A DNA stretch of 63,901 nucleotides, the filler included, from Perkinsus chesapeaki ATCC PRA-425 (Eukaryota; Protista; Perkinsozoa): NCBI GenBank assembly GCA_013115145.1. It is 7 parts of 7 records of this genome, joined end to end, with 100 filler letters (N's around TTAATTAATTAA, not from the genome) between each part and the next. Parts side by side here need not be neighbours in the genome. Positions count along the whole stretch, not along the records: positions 1 to 28,213 come from JAAPAO010000480.1; 6 more parts are not named here. The stretch is one strand, 5' to 3'. A program made the position numbers and the translations under genes. Position 1 is the first letter of the stretch. The number at the start of each line of letters is the position of its first letter. Positions 1 through 11,700 of the stretch are shown here, piece after piece. The notes under the pieces are model-generated. The model searched no databases. It was not told the DNA's origin and saw nothing but the letters and a program-made list of their open reading frames with translations.

Positions 1-237
1 ATGATTTTGACCGGCCAATCCTTGATCACCCGGATCACACGTGCCCCGAGTACTCTCCGATTGACCTCGCATTTTGGACAGTTCATGCACGATTTTCTCT
101 GAATTTGAGCGACGAAAGGTAAGAGGACGGCTCAGCCGGAACAAGAGTTCCAATCTTGCAGCTGCCTCCTGCGCCGTGCTGAAATTCTAAAATTCTCGGC
201 TCAGCCCTTGAGACAGGAGGATTTGAGCGCTGGTTGA
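1..237 (+). CDS. 3' end of a spliced hypothetical gene (partial)
   Basis: Open frame from nt 3 (DFDRPILDHPDHTCPEYSPIDLAFW...), GTAAG donor at 119, TTGCAG acceptor at 161, in-frame continuation to TGA at 235-237. No recognisable domain. Confidence 0.3.
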
Positions 238-937
238 AGGTGGGACTCTCAAGGTACTCCGATGGGTGAAGCCGATAGCTTCTTAGTTGACAGCGAAATA
301 GCATCTCACGAGTTGTGAGTCACTACCGGACCAAGCCCACAGCAAGATGATTGCAGCATACTTATTCTGAAATCGTCAGATGTCAATGGCTTAACTGTTT
401 ATGACTCAACTGCTGCAGAGTATCTGCGATATACAACGCATCATCCCTAGGCTTTTCCCATCATCGTGCTCTCGTTCAGGTTATTTTTTCACGTCTTGTG
501 CCGAAAAACGCCCCAAAAAAGCAAACACAACCGATTACGAAGACCCGATCTGTTTATAGTTCTTGAATGATAGCGGAAACATGTCGTGTAGTTTTACCCC
601 CTTCGATTCTTCATCATTTACGCGAGCACATCGCCACTACACCTCTCATTGACATGACATCTTGGTCGTTAATAGGGCTTGAAATACATGATAAGTATGC
701 ATGATACGAACAGTGTTATGTTATCGACTCGCGGTGCGAAATTTGCACCTCCTCCCCTTTATCTCGTCCTTCTCTTCTGTTCCCTTTTTCTCTTCTCCAT
801 ATTTTTCAGTTCTTTCTCTCTCTCTTTACCCTTTTTTCTTTTCCCCGAAGTAAGAAGTACTTCTCAACTCAACTAGAAAACATACTCTGCTCAACAACTA
901 GTCATACGAATTCCGTATTGCGTATCAGGACGATGAA

Positions 938-1019
938 CGACACCTGAGGGATTCGAACCCTCGCGGGCAGAGCCCAACGGCTTAGCAGGCCGCCGCCTTA
1001 ACCACTCGGCCAAAGTGTC
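938..1019 (-). tRNA. tRNA-Ser (anticodon GCT)
   Basis: Reverse complement folds as a cloverleaf: acceptor GACACTT/AGGTGTC, D-arm GCC-GAGTGGTTAA-GGC, anticodon arm GCGGC-CTGCTAA-GCCGT, long variable arm, T-arm GAGGG-TTCGAAT-CCCTC. Confidence 0.96.
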
Positions 1020-1274
1020 CCGTAATTTGCTCTCTTCCTATCGGACCACTCCCCTTCAAGAAAGAACTACAAAGCATTCGAGAGACAGCCGGCCAATGAA
1101 CGTGATTTCGGTGGAAACTTGTACCGGAATTATCAATGGATGTATGTGTGCTACGGAATTATTCGATGCTCTTAATTATCAACGAAGCCGAAGGGTATTC
1201 AGTCTGAATATCCCTTTAGCTTCGTTGATCCCTAGTAGGGATTCCAGTAGAGATTCACTACTGGAATCTGAGAG

Positions 1275-3647
1275 TTATACCAGATCCTGAGCAACCCACC
1301 TTGCAGACATATAATCACCCACAGAAATCTCAGATACGCCCTCTCCTATGAATAACAGTAGTAATGCAACACAACACGTATTTTTCCAAATAGGTATTGT
1401 GGAAATCTGTTGCCTCCATGCCGGCGTGGATGTTAATTTCGTGTGTAAGACACTTCCTCCGAAAGAGTTCGCTGTTTGCTTCTGTGTGAGCTTGCCGGGA
1501 ATTTTGGAGCCTAAGAACGGATCCAGAGATAATCGAAGCGCTCGCGGAGCTCGCTTCACCGCTTTTCTCTCGTTCTCTTTCCAACAGTTCCTCCTGTTCT
1601 TTTTCTTCAACCTCCCTAGCCTTAACTCGGCCTTTCTGTGATGCCGTCGTTTCATACAGCCGCGATACAACACTATCGTACGGCGCGCTCAGCTGCGCAG
1701 CTATCTAATGAGACACGGCGTGCTGCACATCGATTTTGCGGTAAAACCACCCAGGCCACCTTGCGCTCCTTCCGCTCAGTTTTGATCTCCATGACCTCTC
1801 GTTGACTTCTTACCCTAGTCATCCTTCTGATAACCTCAGCGTTCCTCTGCTCGAACTTCGTCCGCTCCATCGATCTACACCTCCGTGCTACAGCTTCCTA
1901 GTAACAACGACTATCCCAAGGCCGCTGGAGGGAGTCATGCACACTCACGCGCTGCCGGTTCAGTTTGCGGTCCTCCTCCTCTCTCCTAAGCTTCTCTTCC
2001 CGATATGCCACGATTCGCTAAACAGTAAATGTCTCATGTTGGATGTAGAAACCCCCCCACAGTTCACACCTGTCTATTACGTCTCCGCCGCTCTATCTCA
2101 GCCTGAGTGACGTCGGCCGTTGTGGGCCGATCAGCCGCTGCCGCCTGTTCGCGCTGGCCAAATACTTTACTGCGGCTACAGCTCGGAATGGCTCCTACGA
2201 CTTGCGCTTCCTCCTTCTCTTTCTTCCATTGCTCAATAAGCCTCTTTCTGTCAAGTCGCGCTGCTTCCTCTGCGGCTTTCCGTTTATCAGCTGCCCGCCT
2301 CTCAGCTTGGAAATCAGCCTGATACCGTGGAACCTCTCATACAACAGCCAACCAGCTATAACACCTCCTCCGCAGCACCGCGCTTCTTCTGCCAAACGTC
2401 CTTCCTCTCCTTGTACTGCTCCATTAGAGCTCTCTTGTCAGCTTCCAGCTCGTTATGTCGGTACCACCTGCCCCGTGCTACCATCTCCAGGCAAGCAACA
2501 ACGCCCACCAGCGGATGTGCTCCTCCACTTCCTCCCTTCCAAGCTGACTAGGCAACTTCCATACGATACGATCAATAATCTCATTATCCCTCAGTAGCTC
2601 AGTACCACTCCACTGATGCTGTCTGCCATTCACAACCTGACGACTACACGTCGTATGGCTCGCATAGTCAGCAGCAGTTACTTTCAGAAAAGCATCGTGA
2701 TCCGCCACGCTCCAGCCTCCCGTCCTCCCTCCCTCACGCCTGCCTACCACTCCGTAACGATGCCAGCAATCCACATCAAATCCCTACGCAACTTGATCAG
2801 CTATCTTCATAATAGCTCGACGTATCTCCTCCAGTCTAGGATCTTCACTCTTGGACTGATAAGCTGCAGGATCGTACTTCTTCGGGCTTCCAGCTAGGAA
2901 AACGCTCTAAAGCTTAACAATGCTACTGTATCTCAGATGGGCCGGGCCCATAGGGCCCCGATCAACTTCACACTCGGTCTCATTTTATCTAGAGCGCCAA
3001 TATTACTTGCTGCCACTTCGAGAACCGTTTCGTTGCGTTTTCCAACAGCCCCCCTAATCGCTCCTCTTCAGCGGTTATTGAGTCGAAATCGACCTTCTGT
3101 TGAGATTTGTATCTGCCCTGCCCAATCTCTCATTTCAGCAACGCACTCCTCTTCACCTTGTTATCCGGTGCTCTAGCTCCAACGCATTTTTCCTCAGCGT
3201 CTCTCCCGAAAGGTTCGGAGCGTCGACTGTAAAATTGCGAACCTTGTAGAGCAAATGCCACTCCTCAACCTTCCCCTCCGAGCCCACCTTCGAACGAATG
3301 GTCGTGACCGCATGATATAGGTCATCCTCCCACTTGTCGTAGGCCAATTCTAGGCACTTATTCTCATCCCTTAGATCCGTCACTTCAGCATTGGTGAGGC
3401 CATACTGACCAACTGCTACACTTCAATTCCCCCTCGGAGGTCACCTTCTTCGGATTCGACGAACGACCCGAACCGATGAGGTCATCGCACTCACGCTGCT
3501 GTTGCTTCAGTTGAGTCTGAATTGCTTCCGTTTGCTTCCACTATACGGCATGCTTGCCTGTATCGAAGACCACTTCTGTGTCCACGTGTACACATTCTCA
3601 TCGCCAGCTATCTCATCGCTAGAAGCCACGCTACTTTCTCGGGACAT
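1275..3647 (-). CDS. Multi-exon coiled-coil protein, CCDC112-like
   Basis: Exon fragments EGGRTGGWSVADHDAFLKV, KLPSQLGREEVEEHIRWW, ELEADKRALMEQYKERK and GGSVLHTKLTSTPAWRQQIS match recalled CCDC112 motifs (GG..GgWddyDHqnFvKV; LP....EV..H..W; PtWRQgI). Likely ATG at 3647 (MSRESSVASS). Boundaries approximate. Confidence 0.72.
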
Positions 3648-3831
3648 TTCAATATAACTTAACCCACACCATAGATTGACAACAACTCCACTCAAACACA
3701 GTTACTTCAAAATCGCCCTCATACACTTTCAATGGAACGCTGATGAAGCTATCCCTCTTTCCAACGACGTTTACACTTCCACGACCAAGACTTGATAGTA
3801 ATTATACCGACGATAACAAGATAATAAAAAA

Positions 3832-4581
3832 TTATAGTTCCCCACGAGCAAGCTGCTTAGCAACAGCGAGACCAACAGTAAACATAAGCTCCTTGCCCTT
3901 CTTGCACGCATCACCATGTGGATCGTAATCACCTTCATCCCATCTCAATGGCGATCCGTCAACAGTTCCAATAGCAGCAGCACGGATAGATCTCACAGAA
4001 GCGACAGCGAAAAGAGGCGCGTTCTCCATCTCTATGGACAGCGCTCCAGCGGTAGCGTTCTTAAGCATAGTGCTATCCTCACATGGCCCGGGGTAGAAGA
4101 GGGCAGAGCTCAGCGATATGCCCAGATGACAATTGTCGATACCCAAGGACTTGGCTGTGTTGTAGAGGGCGAGAGCAATATTAATATCAGCGACAGCGGG
4201 GAAGCCACTTGGGACCAAATACTGCGTCACCCCATCTTCCCGTGCAGCACCGGTGCTGACAACCAAGTCTCCGGTCTTAATAGTGTCAGGCTTCAGAGAA
4301 CCGCAAGTTCCAAGCCTTATAATGACTTTAGCACCACACTTGATGAGCTCTTCGAAGCATAACATGGCACCAGGTCCCCCGATTCCGTGGGAACAGATGC
4401 TCAGTTTGGTGCCCTCGAACTCAACGTTATAAGAGCGGTACTCACGATTGAACGAGAGCTCCTTGAAATTGTCACAGAACTTCGTAGCCACAATCTCGGC
4501 ACGAAAGGGATCTCCAACGACAAGAACTACGGGGTTGATGTCACCTTCGAAGATCTTAAGATGTGGAGCCTCGTACGGCAT
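3832..4581 (-). CDS. PNP: Purine nucleoside phosphorylase (NP-I/hexameric family, Plasmodium PNP-like), intronless
   Basis: Motifs HLKI, VVLVVGDP.R, NREY.S, SHGIG, FEEL...GAKVIIR.GTCGSL, A.REDG, EMEN and VDG.P..WDEGDYD are collinear with the recalled PfPNP sequence. Start at ATG 4581 (MPYEAPH). Confidence 0.95.
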   Translation of the reverse strand: MPYEAPHLKIFEGDINPVVLVVGDPFRAEIVATKFCDNFKELSFNREYRSYNVEFEGTKLSICSHGIGGPGAMLCFEELIKCGAKVIIRLGTCGSLKPDTIKTGDLVVSTGAAREDGVTQYLVPSGFPAVADINIALALYNTAKSLGIDNCHLGISLSSALFYPGPCEDSTMLKNATAGALSIEMENAPLFAVASVRSIRAAAIGTVDGSPLRWDEGDYDPHGDACKKGKELMFTVGLAVAKQLARGEL

Positions 4582-4830
4582 ATAAGGATAAGAGTAGTGC
4601 AAGAAATATATACCTGTTAAAGAAGCCGCCGGAGCACGCACCGGACTAAATCCAAGGTGACGACGGAGTAAATCGAACCAGTGAATTACCCATTATTGAG
4701 AACATAGTGACAACGCAACAGTTTCATCGGGAATGAAGAACTTGAAACGAGGAACTTGAACCCGTGGATGAGCGTTTCAAGATTCGCATACAAAAGCGCG
4801 CGCCCCTCCGTATGGACAGTGTGATGATGC

Positions 4831-5382
4831 CTACTGGGCGAAGGCCTGAGACCCGGCGATAATCGAGAGCACCGAGGACACTAAGAGATAGCTTACATAG
4901 TAGGCGGCAACAGCTATAAGGGCAGCAATAAGAAGGGGAAGTACACCTACGCCAGCTACGGTGCTTGAAGCTTGAACCTCGGCCAGGCTAGGGATGTCGT
5001 TGGCCTAGAGAGTGACAATGGAAATGAGGGAAGGAGAGGAGGAACTTACTCTCTCACATCCCTTGAGAATGCCGATTTTGTGCTCGGCTGCGATATGCCT
5101 AGCTGCGTCAGAGTGACCGATTCCTTCATAGTCTTCGGTCACATCTTCCCCGGCAACTGCCAGAATAACCTAGCAACAACCTTGTCTGTATCATGCACGC
5201 TTCGAGCAAAGATTCCTCACATCGGGACCGCCTGGATGCTCATTAAGAAACTTGGACACATCATAGACGCCACCGTGAATAACAACCCAGCAGTCGCCCT
5301 TCTTGTTGTGCTTCGCAACTTCCTCCGGATCTATGACGGGGAGCTTCTTAGTTGACGAGGTTTCCTCGGATGGCTGGGACAT
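4831..5382 (-). CDS. Tail-anchored cytochrome b5 (4 exons)
   Basis: Spliced reading: [35 protein letters not shown]|[34 protein letters not shown]|..[17 protein letters not shown]|AFAQ*. Both haem ligands (HPGG, GHS) and a C-terminal TM segment are present; all three introns are GT-AG. Confidence 0.93.
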
Positions 5383-5792
5383 TTTTGAATGCAATGGAAT
5401 TACTAGTAACCTACCAGATCATTGAGGGACATCGGATATTCACAGAGGAGTTGCCGCCGATCACTTTCATTGACTAGGCTTGTTTGTCTAAACTAGTGTT
5501 TGACTAAACACTACTGGGATCACGTTCCCAAAGAGCCTAGGGGAATAGTATTTCACAAAGGCCGCCCTGCCACCAATTCGCCAAACTCAGGAACGTATCT
5601 CTATCACAGCAAATGCGAACATAATAGTCTCATGGCAATGCAACACACCATCATAGCTGTTCACCGTGGTGAAGGCCGTGAGCTCGAAGATCTCGATCGT
5701 TGAGATCCTGATGGTGATCTTGGCGGTAGGGGAGGCGGCGGGGGAACTGCTCTGTCAGACTCTGAAAAAACGACGAGGTCATTGACTTGCGA

Positions 5793-8700
5793 TCATGGAA
5801 TCTGTTTACCCATTCGTATCCTATCCGAGAGATTAGGCGTCGGGACTCTGCTGCCACTCAACGCTGATCGAGCTGACATAGGTGGGGTCGGAGGCCGGCT
5901 TCGAGGGGAGTTGGCGCGAGAGGATCGAGCCGATGCCGGCTGCCCGGGCAGGGGCGGGGGAGCCACAAATGAGCCCCGAGGAATCCCTTGACGCACTCCG
6001 TGAGCCGACCCAATGACCGAGGGCGGTGTCCTCGATCCTGTCGGTGATACTGACCGGGGGAGCCCTCTAGCGGACCCGACCATTGAGGAGCTGCGCGACA
6101 GAGGAGGGGTTGTTATAGGAGGTAAGGGAGGCACGCCGCGACCAGTCGACGCCCGAGAGGTCGGGGAAGAGCCACCCCACGATGGAGTCCCGTCCTTGAT
6201 CACCGGTGGCAGTGGGCCAACTGGTAACTGGGCACCATCTTCCACTCGCATGCCACTGGGTCGTCGGCGATCTAGGGATGGTGGGAACGGGGAAGTCTTC
6301 GGCTGAGACCTCTTGGGTTTCGTGCGCAAGAATGCTGGGAGATGCTCCTCCTCATCCCGGCCCATCGGTCGGACCTTTCGTTGGTTGAAATCGCCCTTCT
6401 TATTTCGGCGACGGATCTCGAATTTGCGGACTTCAACAATCATATTCACAAGAGAGCGTACCACGTCCAACACGAACACAGAAGCCGCCATCGCCACCAT
6501 CACGGCCTTGTACCACAGAGACTCAGTGTCCGCATTGAACTTAAGAGAGTACGTCAAAACCAGGAAGAAGCTGGCCATGCACCAAGCTATGCAGGCTAAA
6601 TATGGCAGGGCCAACACTGCTGTGAAGACCCACTCGGGTATAGGCTTAAAAAGATCTTGTTGCTCCCTCATCAGCTGCTTCTGGTGCTCCTGCTGTACTC
6701 TGTCCAAGTACACCAGTTTAACTCGGCGAATGAAAGAACTGGCGTCCTCCGTTGGTGGAGCGGGTGGCGCTGGAGGGGCAGCCATTGCGGAACGAATGGG
6801 TGGCGGTGGAGGCCCGAACCCAATGCCAGGAGGGTATCCAACCGGCACCATCGCGAGCGGGCCGACCGGCATGACTGGTGGTAGTGGCGGAGTGGGTGGC
6901 CTAGGGATCGCTAATGCCAAATCATCCATACTCCGTGGTGGTGGAGGAGGAGGCGGTGGTGGTGCCATGCCGTGCTTGGCCTCGGGTTCCAGCACAGGAG
7001 GCGTGCTGCTTCCTGACCGGGGCTGCGGCGGCGGTGGCGGCGTAACCGCTTTCCCTTGCTTGGGCGGTGGCAGCGGTGGGGTAGCCCCGTCCCTCCGCGG
7101 CGGTGGAGGAGGAGGTGGTGGAGTTCTACCACCACTAGTGGGAACACCAAAACTCATAGCTCCCTCCGACTTGGGCGTGCTAGGGGATGGCCCAGCAGCC
7201 GGGGGTGTGGCAGCTTGCTGTGGCGGCCGCATCGGTGGCGGCGGTGGTGGGGGCGTCATCGCTCTTGGTGTTGATGCTCCACTAGTAATCCCACCAGGCA
7301 ACGCAGGAGGGGGCACAGGATTTACCCCAGAGACAGCGGGAGACACAGGCCTCTTGGGCGGCGTCATCATCGGCGGGGGAGGCGCCGGGACACTGCGCGC
7401 AGAGCCCGAATCACTATCAGACGCGGGAGCATCCCGAGTCCACCTCGGTGGTGGGGCTGGTGGTGGCAGCGCCTTGCTGATATTAGGCGGCAATGCCGGA
7501 GCCTTAGCCCCTCCTCCTCCAGTGCCACCAAAATAAATGGGAGGTAACAGAGCCTGTGGTGGTGGTTTTGGAGCCTCAGCCATCCTCGGTGGTGGCACCG
7601 CTCTCTGCTCATCCTCGATTGCAAGACCGGCTACTGGCAGACCCTGTGGTGCATGACTCGGTATCGGTGGGAGCGCCGGCAGCCCGCCGACCAACGGCTT
7701 ATAGGGGGACGTTATGGAGCCTAGCGCGGGCAGACCACCTTGGATAACCGACTTGGGTATCTTAGACGAAGAGGCCTCCTGCATTCTCATTGCATCGCGA
7801 ATCCTATCCCGCTCATCGTTCGGGGCCTTCCTCTTGATAATGCGCCGACTATACGGCGTTGGTCGCATAGAGAACATGAGATAGACCACACAGTAGGCAG
7901 GGTACACGACAAGCGCCGATAGAATGCCGGTTGCCACAAACTGACTCGAAGACGCAAATGTATTTGGGGTGCCGTAGATCAGCGCCGACACACCCATAAT
8001 GCCAGCCATCATAGTGAGGGCACACAGTAACCTCTGAGGGCGAGTGAAGCTCTCGGAGTAGTACAATGGTGCCAGTACCACACTTTCGTGGCGAAGAACG
8101 TTCCAAAAAGTGAACAGAAGGAACTTCTCCCGCATGCCTTTCTGACTGGATATATATTGGTAGGCTATGGGGTCGACTATGGTCAATGGGGAAGTGATGC
8201 CATCACCGTCCAAATGGTACGGTGACAGGGCAGCCCTCCCGCGCCTTTGGTCATCACGCATACTTTCGTCAAATTTATATCCCCAGAATGACAGAACGAT
8301 AATCAACACCGACGTGAAGCCAAGCACACTGAGCACGAAGAATCTATTCGCTGGCGGCGCTCTCAGCAGGAAAGGAAGGTCTGCCGCGACTGCCATAGTG
8401 GCGAACTCCGGTATCTTGCCGTCGATGAAAAGACCGATGTCACCGGCCCTCGTCACCAGGCATCCCTGGGCATCATTCAAGTTGCCTTGCTCAGTCCAAG
8501 CCCCACCAGCTGTGCCCGGTGCGAACCTATCCCAGTACATACAGAGAGCGTTCGAATAAAGATCTCTGTCGGCGAAGACTCGAATAGGTTCGTCATCGAC
8601 GCTAGTCGTAAGAGTCAGGTCCGGATTGGCCTTCATCACCAACAAGGTGACCATTGCCTGCTCACTGCTCACTGGTCCGCTGATGGACCAGCTACGTGGA

Positions 8701-11700
8701 TCCATCTTGTACTCTACATACTCGAAGGAGAACCCGGTGATAGGATTGTCAGGGGTGGGGTTATCCGGTGAATTAGACGGGACAACGTACTTGCTTGGCA
8801 TAGAGAATGACGGGTGCACCGCGGAGAGGTCCGTGCTCTTACCGATATAAATGACAAAGGAAGCGACATCATACACTTTGGGGTCTTCATTCGCAACCAG
8901 CTGATTAACCAATCGCTTTACGATAGCATCTCTGATGACTTCAACTCTAGTAAGAACTTGACTGGTATTCCTTCTCTCCTGGAAGGCCGTCTTCTCCACG
9001 ATCTCGGCCTGTTCTTGCTTCTTCTGTCGCATTGTGGTCTGTAGCTGCGGACTCAATGTGCTGACGTACATCTCCCATTCAATGTCCTCCGCGCGCTTTA
9101 TCTGTTCAACCCTCTGGGCCTCCAAATAAAGTGCTCTGGTCGCCTCAAACGCGGCAGACTCTCCCTCGGCAACAGAGAGCAATCCTTGCTGGTATGTCTG
9201 GGACAGGTTCTGCTGCAGCGAGACCTTAATCTCGATCAGCTGCCTTCTCCGCACCTCACCGCTGCCGTACCCATCAGTCAGACGTCTGTGCTCCCGATCA
9301 GATTGGCTCTCCCTAAAAGCACTCTGTCTCCCGTCAGAGTTCTGCCATTCCTGTCTAGCATCGAACTCGGTCAAATTGGTATCTTCGATGATTGTGTCGT
9401 CATCTGTCTCCCGTACAAAGCGCTCCACCCAATCGCCCCACCATCGACCCCGCCGGGACGATATCCTCCTGCGAGTGCCCCCTGGGACCTTCATAGCAGT
9501 TTTGGCCTCATCTGCCATTGCGGAGTGTACCACATACGTGGCGACGCTGCATTTGCGTCCATAGAACCAGCACGGTGGTTGGAAACAACCCGTGGTGGGA
9601 TTATACTCCTGGCAGCAGACCAAGGCATGGTGACGATCCCCCCAATCTCCGAACCCTTTCATGCACTTGACCCCCACCTTATCACAAAAGGGCTCTGGAC
9701 ACTCCGTCACAACACTCTGACCAAATTCAATCTCCTCATGATGGGCCCCGCTGAGCCGTCTGACTGTGCCGTGCTCATAGCCAATGGGATCTACGACGTG
9801 CTTCAAGGGAAGACCTTGCTCGTAGGAGCCTTCGGGATATATCGCCCGAATAACTGGCTTCAGTGCTACAGTGTCGTGGGGCGTCAGCATCAACCGACGG
9901 CGACCACCGCTATTGGCGCCACCACGACGCATGAAGCGCGGCCCAGCAAGAATGGCGCTGATCGCCTGGAAGAGAGTGTACGTCTGCTGGTCCGTGATCA
10001 ATGCCGACGACTCCTCGATCCTCTGTATGTTGTCTTCCATAGTCGATAGCGTCACATCCTGCATTTTATCGTTCATAGACACACCCGATGCGGCCATGCT
10101 GTTGAGGAACACCAACTGTCGCTCGCCGCACTCGGGCGAGATGCACTTCGTCCCTGATACGGAGTCAAGTATCTTGTCCGTAACAGCGTTCTTCTCCTCT
10201 TCGCTCGCCTTAGACAGGATACCCAGCGCCGCCATGTACAAGGTGATCGTATTCTCGGGGTTGGAGGCGGCCTGCCCACTGGCTTCCTCCAAGATGGCAG
10301 CTGCAGCCTTAACCGGGTCCTCCGGTGGGGTAGCAACAATCTCCTGAAATTTGTATACGTATTCTCCAGCCGAGTTCTCAATGTACACAAACACTATTCG
10401 CCGATAATCGTATTCCTCCCGGCCGCACTGCACCAGACCCGTCTGTGTCCGAACCGGTTGCGGCGCATCAGTCAACCAGTACTTTACCGCGTCTTGCACC
10501 AAGAAGTCGTCGCTCACTGTGTCTAACGTGTGGCTGTCATCCACTATATAACCAAACCTGAACTTCAGTGGTGTGTCTTCAGATATCCACTCCTCGGCCG
10601 TGAAAACCCTGTCGAGCTCACAACCAGTCTCGGTAGTGTCACCGCCATCTTCACCCCGCACCTTCACAATGAACTTGCCCTTTGTCGGTGGTCCACTTGC
10701 AGTGGCAATTCTGATATCCGAAAAAGATTCTAAATTCATTTGTGTGCCCTCTACCACCGCCGACCACATAACGGTCAATCTCAACGTGTACTGTGTCTTC
10801 AGCTTCAGGCAATCCGGACCAACTGTAATCGTCGGACTTGTCGATGTCCACCGCGCAGTGCCGTCATTCGTACAAAGTGCGAGTAGGTCAACCTTGACAT
10901 AGGTGAACTCCGGTACCGGGTAAGTGAGACCCTGCTCCTTGTACTGCTCCGCTTGGTCAGGATCATAATCCAGATTCCTCTGCCGCTCCAACAGTGACCA
11001 CGAATATGTCACATCTGGGTACTTCTCCGCATTCAGATTGTGCGTTCCCTGCACCTTCAACGCCTTGCCTATCGGGAACTTTTCATAATACGGGCTTACG
11101 AGCTCCAAATTGATCTTGGGCAGCTCATAGTTCGTCAGCTCTATGTCGATTTCCTTTGCTGTAGACCTCTTATTGTCGAAATGTGTCACTTCCATCCCAA
11201 AGGTGTAGTTCCCAACATCCATCAGCGCCGTGTTAATCGCTACCGTTCCCCGCCCTACTCTGCAAAACATCTGCCGGTCATCAAACGCAATCTGCGGATA
11301 GAGCACACCGCCATCACCAACAAACCTGTCCACCGTATAGTCCTGTACACAAGTCTTAATGCCACCACTGAACTCAGGTGTCTCCCCGAAGCACGGCAAC
11401 AACGTCGCGCCGCTGCGGCACTTCCATTTGAAATTTCCCTTGAACACTCCAGAATGTATGTCGTCCGGGTCCTCAGTACTGCCACAATTGATGTAAAGAG
11501 TCTTGCCCTTTTGGACTTTACTAAAGTCAGGGTTGTAACATTTCGGCACCAGCTCGGACTTGAGCAAATAGACGCTCATGGACTGATGGGACTTCTTGCT
11601 GGGGCTGTCGACTAGGAACACCTCCACGGTAACGCTACAGACCTCGCACGCCGCAGCGTTGAAGTCATTTTCAAACCAAACAATGTCGCCCGGACACTGA

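Noticed and set aside
6013-11615. Long plus-strand ORFs (407, 287, 191 aa) opposite the polycystin-like gene
   Set aside because: Antisense shadows of a GC-rich, Pro-rich coding exon; poly-Gly is the mirror of poly-Pro.
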